A stretch of DNA of 64,000 bases from positions 256,001-320,000 of the forward strand of contig CAVOGR010000001.1 of NCBI GenBank assembly GCA_963695555.1. Reading direction: 5' to 3'. This stretch comes from an uncultured Gemmatimonadales bacterium. Its GTDB lineage: Bacteria > Gemmatimonadota > Gemmatimonadetes > Gemmatimonadales > GWC2-71-9. The position numbers and the translations under genes were made by a program. The stretch's first letter is position 1; each line of letters begins with the position of its first letter. Positions 58,970-64,000 of the stretch are shown here, one piece after another. Below the pieces are notes generated by a model. That model saw only the letters and a program-made list of their open reading frames with translations. It was not told the DNA's origin and did no database searches.

Positions 58970-60994
58970 TCAGAAGAGGCGCCAGAGGCCGCGCACCTTC
59001 CCCAGGTCTATTGTATAGCGACCGGCTCGAACTCCCAAAACACTGGACATCTCTTCGCGCGGGATCTCATAGACTCGGCTGCGGTAGTCCGTCCGACTCG
59101 GGCTCGACCGATCGCGTTCCCATTGTGCCAGATCTCTGACATACGCCGCCCCGTCGTCATTCTCAGCGATCTTCGAGAATCCGGGAGGCGGCGCTGACCA
59201 CGGTGGTTGGATGACATAGTTCGTGGCAGCTCCACGCCCTATGCTCTGCTCGGCATAATATACGAGCTCGATGCCCGCGACGAGTTCCGCGGCTGGATCG
59301 GCTACGTCCCAGTCGAGAGGAAACAACGCGGCGAGGAGGTTCCGCCCCTCGTACGATCTTCGGTGCGCTGCAAAATCCTTGCTGCCATAGTCGCCAATGC
59401 GATAGGCCATCGTGCTGCCGATCCGTCGCACGGTCCGATCGATCTCGAAGTGTCTCGGCAGCGATAGCATGAGAGCAATAAGGCCTGCTGCCAGGGTAGC
59501 GCCGATCAGCCACGGGCGACGGTGCTGCATGAGGGCAACGCGCCAGAAGACGATGACAGGGAGCATCATGACCGGCGCGAAGTGGTGGAGATTGGTGAAT
59601 GCCGGGAAGTAGAAAACGAGGAAGTATCCGAGTGTGGCCAGGGAGAGCGACCTGGCGATCCGGTCTTGCCGGCGGACGGCGAAGAGCGCCGCTACGGGAA
59701 GAATGCCTCCAGCGACGACCACCCAGATGACGCGGTGCCAATCATCGACGCGGATGTAGCGGAACCGATCCAAGATGGTGTCGGCGGCGTAGCCCGGTTG
59801 GGCCCCAGCCAGCGATGGGTACAGCATCTCATACCCGACATACACGAGGCCCCAGAGTCCGATGGTCGCAACAAAGAGGCCCGCGGTCCTGCGCCGCCGC
59901 TCGGGCACGACGAGGAAGACGCCGAGTCCCAAGAGGGCGATGAAGAGCAGACCAGTGGGCCGGGCCAGGTAGGACAGCACCGCAAATCCGACGAACCACC
60001 ACGGCTCGTCGGACCACAAGAAGTACGCAGCCCCGACCATCAGCGTGACGGTGAGCGTCTCAAAGGCCCCGGGAGACGAGGCATCGGCGAAATACGAACT
60101 GTAACTTGCACTGTAGCACAACGCGACAACGAAGATTGCCAAGGCAAGAACAATCAAAGCTTCTTCGAAGCGACCGAGGCGTCGCGGTGATCGTAATTCG
60201 ATCAACGCCACGAGGCTGGCGAACAACACCGGAAGATAAAGGATGATCGGCAACCTCGCGGCTGCCTCGATGGGTCCGAACAACATGACGAACCAGTGAA
60301 TCGGGTAGGCCATGGGCAGCATGCCGATGCCGAGGCCCACGAGTCCGCTCTTGGTCAAAAAGCGCGGGAGGACGGTCCAGGAGAGTGACCGGCCGATCTC
60401 GATCGCTTCGAAGCCATCAGGGCTGAGATCCTGCCAGAAGAGGATCGGGAGGAGGACGGCGACAGTGACCACCACGAGGGCGGCCATCCACCCGAGGCGA
60501 CGGTGCGTGATACCGTCGCTCGCGGGCCATCGGAGCTTGCCCGGACGGCGGAGGCGGGTAACCAGGACTCCCCAGGCAACGACCGCGGCACCGATGATGA
60601 GCGCCAGGAAGGTGCCTGGATCGATGGGGCGCGGGAAGAATGTCTTGGCGAGCGCGGTGGTGACGAAGTGGACCGCCAGCGAGACCCCAAGTCCCTTGAC
60701 GACCACGGCCTCGAGGCGTTCATCCCGGCCCTGGGCGAGCACTAAGAATATGCCCGGCAGCATAAGGACAGTCACCGCAGTGAGGCAGGCAAGGGGAAGC
60801 AGCAGATAGAGCAGCGCGGCGTGGCCCGGCACGAAATACGGATTCGCCGGGAGTGCGCCGGGATACAAGTCACGAACCGCCGCCGGGATACCCCGGGTCA
60901 GCAATACGCCCAGCACACTCGCCCCGAGGAACACCCCGGTGAAGACCCCTCGCCGCCTCTCGAGGGACCCCATTACCGAGGCCTCATATGGCAT
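58970..60994 (-). CDS. Large multi-pass membrane protein, possibly GT-C-like
   Basis: More than 12 hydrophobic segments, a QDLSPDGFE loop, AAARLP and LARPTG, and a soluble C-terminus. Confidence 0.6.
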   Translation of the reverse strand: MPYEASVMGSLERRRGVFTGVFLGASVLGVLLTRGIPAAVRDLYPGALPANPYFVPGHAALLYLLLPLACLTAVTVLMLPGIFLVLAQGRDERLEAVVVKGLGVSLAVHFVTTALAKTFFPRPIDPGTFLALIIGAAVVAWGVLVTRLRRPGKLRWPASDGITHRRLGWMAALVVVTVAVLLPILFWQDLSPDGFEAIEIGRSLSWTVLPRFLTKSGLVGLGIGMLPMAYPIHWFVMLFGPIEAAARLPIILYLPVLFASLVALIELRSPRRLGRFEEALIVLALAIFVVALCYSASYSSYFADASSPGAFETLTVTLMVGAAYFLWSDEPWWFVGFAVLSYLARPTGLLFIALLGLGVFLVVPERRRRTAGLFVATIGLWGLVYVGYEMLYPSLAGAQPGYAADTILDRFRYIRVDDWHRVIWVVVAGGILPVAALFAVRRQDRIARSLSLATLGYFLVFYFPAFTNLHHFAPVMMLPVIVFWRVALMQHRRPWLIGATLAAGLIALMLSLPRHFEIDRTVRRIGSTMAYRIGDYGSKDFAAHRRSYEGRNLLAALFPLDWDVADPAAELVAGIELVYYAEQSIGRGAATNYVIQPPWSAPPPGFSKIAENDDGAAYVRDLAQWERDRSSPSRTDYRSRVYEIPREEMSSVLGVRAGRYTIDLGKVRGLWRLF

Positions 60995-61037
60995 CCCATT
61001 GCGGCGGCGGCCCGAAGACCCTCGCCCCCGTGTAGGG

Positions 61038-61054
61038 CGGCATCGATATTGCCA
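61038..61054. promoter_or_regulatory. Overlapping divergent sigma-54-like sites
   Basis: Plus strand reads CGGCATC-GATA-TTGCC and minus strand reads TGGCAAT-ATCG-ATGCC, between divergent genes. Confidence 0.45.
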
Positions 61055-61177
61055 CAGATGTTGCCGTTTGATTGCACACTTGGGCGTGAAGGAGCCATGT
61101 TTCCATTGAGGTAAGAGTCCGTGCCCGCGGGCGGTCGTGCTTTCGTCGCGTCCTCACTCTATTCGTCACTCGCTGCG

Positions 61178-61906
61178 ATGACCAATACTCTGTTACTCTC
61201 CGTTGTCATCCCCGTCTACAACGAGGAGGACTCCGTTTGCGAGCTCATCGCTCGTGTCCTCAGGGCGCCTCTGCCGGACGGGGTTCGTCTGGAAGTTGTG
61301 GTCGTGGACGACGGCTCCACCGACGCGACACGCGACAAGCTCGCCAGCTACCATGATCATGACGTGGTACGCGTCTTCCTCGCTCCACAAAACATGGGCA
61401 AGGGCGCCGCCCTGCGGCGCGGGTTCCAGGAAGCCCGTGGCGACCTGATTCTGATTCAGGATGCGGATCTCGAGTATGACCCCCGTGAATACCGAAGGCT
61501 TCTCACCCCCGTACTCGACGGCAACGCGGACGTGGTCTATGGCTCGCGCTTCATGGGGGGCGATTCGCATCGCGTGCTGTTCTTCTGGCATTATCTGGGC
61601 AACCGATTCCTTACACTGGTTTCCAATGCCTTCACCAATCTCAACCTCACCGACATGGAGACCTGCTACAAGCTGTTCCGCTCCGACGTTCTCCGTCAGA
61701 TCACGATTCAAGAGGATCGATTTGGGTTCGAGCCCGAGATCACCGCCAAGGTCGCCCGCCTCGGGGCCCGCATCTACGAGGTGGGCATCAGCTACGCGGG
61801 CCGCACCTACGCCGAAGGGAAGAAGATCGGCTGGCGAGACGGCGTCCGTGCGCTCTGGTGCATCCTCAAGTACAACCTCTTTGTCAGGACTCGACCGGTC
61901 GGTTGA
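61178..61906 (+). CDS. GT2 DPM1-like polyprenol-phosphate glycosyltransferase
   Basis: [36 protein letters not shown] and RFGFEPE. Confidence 0.92.
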   Translation: MTNTLLLSVVIPVYNEEDSVCELIARVLRAPLPDGVRLEVVVVDDGSTDATRDKLASYHDHDVVRVFLAPQNMGKGAALRRGFQEARGDLILIQDADLEYDPREYRRLLTPVLDGNADVVYGSRFMGGDSHRVLFFWHYLGNRFLTLVSNAFTNLNLTDMETCYKLFRSDVLRQITIQEDRFGFEPEITAKVARLGARIYEVGISYAGRTYAEGKKIGWRDGVRALWCILKYNLFVRTRPVG

Positions 61907-61961
61907 CCATGCCGGATGAGGCAGCCGTCGGCCCGTCTCGCGCGACACAGGGAACTGCCTT

Positions 61962-62627
61962 GTGGTAACTGACTGGCTCATGACCCTCCGGCAAGCCCTA
62001 CCTAAGGCCGCGATTCTGGTGCGGCACATGCAGCCGTCGCTCGCACTTCCGGACGTGGGCGCCATCGAACCGGCGCTGTTGGAGTCGCTCGGCATCGAGG
62101 CAGTCATCTGGGACGTCGATGGAACCTTGATGCCGCGCCATGGCCGCGAGGTGGCGGAGCCGTTCCGCTCGTCATTCCGGCGTCTCGTTCTGGCCCCACG
62201 ACTCCGGCACGCCATCCTCTCGAACGCCGATGAATCACGGTACCGGGAACTGGGCACCATGTTCCCAGACATTCCAATTGTGCGCGCCTACGCGACCGCC
62301 AACGGCGTCGTGGGAAGGATTCTCCTTCGGGGGTCCGAGTCGTGGGACCCCAGGGCACTGCCAGCCACCGCGATAGCTACTGCCCGCGCGTTCCGAAAGC
62401 CGAGCACCGAACTCATCGCCGTTGCCCTCAAGGCGCTCAATGCCGATTCCCGCGAGAAGGTCCTCATGGTGGGAGACCAGTACCTGACCGACATTGCCGG
62501 AGCGAATCTCGCCGGTATTCGCTCCCTCAAGGTTCCCACCTACGCACCGGCCAGCTTTCCGGCGTCCGTCCGGATCCTACAGGCCTCCGAGCGGTTGTTG
62601 TACCGGGCCACCCATCTTCGACCATAG
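61962..62627 (+). CDS. YqeG-like HAD-IIIA phosphatase
   Basis: WDVDGTL (motif I), LSN (II), RKP (III) and GDQYLTD (IV). Confidence 0.82.
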   Translation: MVTDWLMTLRQALPKAAILVRHMQPSLALPDVGAIEPALLESLGIEAVIWDVDGTLMPRHGREVAEPFRSSFRRLVLAPRLRHAILSNADESRYRELGTMFPDIPIVRAYATANGVVGRILLRGSESWDPRALPATAIATARAFRKPSTELIAVALKALNADSREKVLMVGDQYLTDIAGANLAGIRSLKVPTYAPASFPASVRILQASERLLYRATHLRP

Positions 62628-62712
62628 TAGCGACTCGCCCGCCTGTGGAGCGCGGCGTCGGTGAATGCCCTGGCATTGAGATGTGCGTTGGGGGCAAGTC
62701 GATGGGAAGGGG

Positions 62713-63510
62713 CTACCAGCCACCACGTCGGAAGAGGATGACCGGAATGGTCTTGAGCATGATCCGCAGATCCTCCGCGAAGCCGCGACGCGAAATGTAC
62801 TCCAAGTCAAACTCGACTTTTCTGCGGACGTCGTCCATGCTCGAGTCGTACGACTGATTGATCTGGGCGAGTCCGGTAATGCCGGGCCGCGTCCGTTGGC
62901 GCCCGGAGTAGTTTTGGATCTTGCCTCGCATGTCCGCAAAGATCGCCGGCCGTTCCGGCCGCGGCCCTACGATATTCATGTCGCCGCGGATGACGTTGAA
63001 CAGCTGCGGCAGCTCGTCGAGCCGGAATTGCCGGAGCACGCGCCCGACCGACGTGACCCGCGGGTCGTCCTCTTGCGCCCACACCGCGCCGGATCCCCGC
63101 TCAGCATTGACCTGCATAGTGCGGAATTTGTAGATGCGGAACGGGGCGCCGCCGAGATCGCGCACCCGCTTCTTCTCGTATTCGTCTCCGCCTTCCTCAC
63201 GACTTCCACTCCGGCGGTCCATGCCGATCCGGGCCTGTCGGTAAAGGACGGGGCCCGGTGAGGTGAGCTTGATGGCGATGGCAATGACGACGAGCAGCGG
63301 CGCGGTCAGGAGCAGGCCCAGCGTCGCGACGGCGATGTTGATCGCCCGCTGGAGCTTCCCGTCTGCTGTGGCGACTGGCGCCGGCTGCTCACTCTGGGGA
63401 GCGGCTGCTCCATCCCGGGCATTCGCACCCGGAATCACGTCTGGCTTGCTCGGCCGGTTTCTGCGACGATCCGAGTACCTCGTCCGGTCCTCAGGAATTG
63501 TGGTATCCAT
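62713..63510 (-). CDS. Priming sugar transferase (undecaprenyl-phosphate glycosylphosphotransferase family)
   Basis: SPGPVLYRQ.RIG, YKFRTM, DDPRVT, LDELPQLFNV, GPRPE and PGITGLAQ. Confidence 0.93.
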   Translation of the reverse strand: MDTTIPEDRTRYSDRRRNRPSKPDVIPGANARDGAAAPQSEQPAPVATADGKLQRAINIAVATLGLLLTAPLLVVIAIAIKLTSPGPVLYRQARIGMDRRSGSREEGGDEYEKKRVRDLGGAPFRIYKFRTMQVNAERGSGAVWAQEDDPRVTSVGRVLRQFRLDELPQLFNVIRGDMNIVGPRPERPAIFADMRGKIQNYSGRQRTRPGITGLAQINQSYDSSMDDVRRKVEFDLEYISRRGFAEDLRIMLKTIPVILFRRGGW

Positions 63511-63518
63511 AGGTTAGG

Positions 63519-64000
63519 TCAAAACACCCGCGAAAGGACCCATAGCAAGGTGAGCGGCGCTGTAACCAGGACCATGACCCCTTGAACGGAGCTTGTGAAA
63601 TTCGACTTGTCGCCCACGTTGATCTCATCACCGCCCTGAATGTTCAGGCGGTCGAGCGTGGTTCCGTATGTCAGAGCAGCCTGAGTCTCATTGCGATTCA
63701 GGAACTCCGACGACTGCCGGCGAACCGTAATCTTCTTGGTGTCCGCGGTGGACACGGGTCCACCGGCGGCCATGATGACGTCACTCAGGAGCGTCTGGGC
63801 AGGAAGGGCGTAATACCCTGGCCGTCCCACGGCTCCGAGAATGGCCACGCGAATCATTGCGACGGCCTCCACCGTGGGTTCTCGGAGATACTTGCCGAGC
63901 TCCGCCGTGAGGTAGTCTTGTACCTCCGAGCGCAGGACGCCGTGGAGTGAGATGTCAGGGATGTTCGGCAGGGTAATGGTGCGCCCTTCCTTGACCGTGA
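63519..64000 (-). CDS. Wza-like polysaccharide export protein (SLBB domain), 5'-truncated by the window end
   Basis: The frame is open to the window edge and reads TVKEGRTITLPNIPDISLHGVLRSE..KYLREPTV..RVAILGAVGRPGYY..AAGG..GGDEINV. Confidence 0.82.
   Translation of the reverse strand, partial: TVKEGRTITLPNIPDISLHGVLRSEVQDYLTAELGKYLREPTVEAVAMIRVAILGAVGRPGYYALPAQTLLSDVIMAAGGPVSTADTKKITVRRQSSEFLNRNETQAALTYGTTLDRLNIQGGDEINVGDKSNFTSSVQGVMVLVTAPLTLLWVLSRVF

Noticed and set aside
1..64000. CRISPR array, tRNA, rRNA, prophage or defence genes
   Set aside because: No short regularly spaced repeats or recognisable RNA, phage or defence sequences were seen; envelope genes account for nearly all of the window.

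Overview
The whole 64 kb window is one GC-rich bacterial cell-envelope glycan biosynthesis and modification region. Gemmatimonadota-like ancestry is my impression from the protein styles only and is not proven. It holds about 50 genes: 8 GT2, 2 GT4, about 9 multi-pass GT-C/ArnT-like membrane proteins, 2 Wzx-type flippases, an LPG-synthase-type TM protein, a UbiA-family polyprenyl-phosphate phosphoribosyltransferase, a YqeG-like HAD phosphatase, several sugar oxidoreductases/epimerases, a deacetylase, an FkbM methyltransferase, three membrane-anchored Thr-type sulfatase-fold enzymes, a PAPS module (cysN, cysQ, DUF2061-cysC, cysD), a priming sugar transferase and a partial Wza-like exporter. The most notable observations are: (1) three tandem GH30-like lipoprotein genes share a ~99% identical 1.3 kb catalytic module behind different N-termini, with copy 1 a block mosaic of copies 2 and 3; (2) sigma-54-like -24/-12 promoters sit upstream of most operons; (3) an uncalled 54-aa membrane ORF lies upstream of the sulfatase-fold/cys block; (4) the density of lipid-carrier-dependent glycosylation enzymes is unusually high. 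Four genes are frameshifted, probably by sequencing errors. No rRNA, tRNA, CRISPR array or mobile element was recognised.
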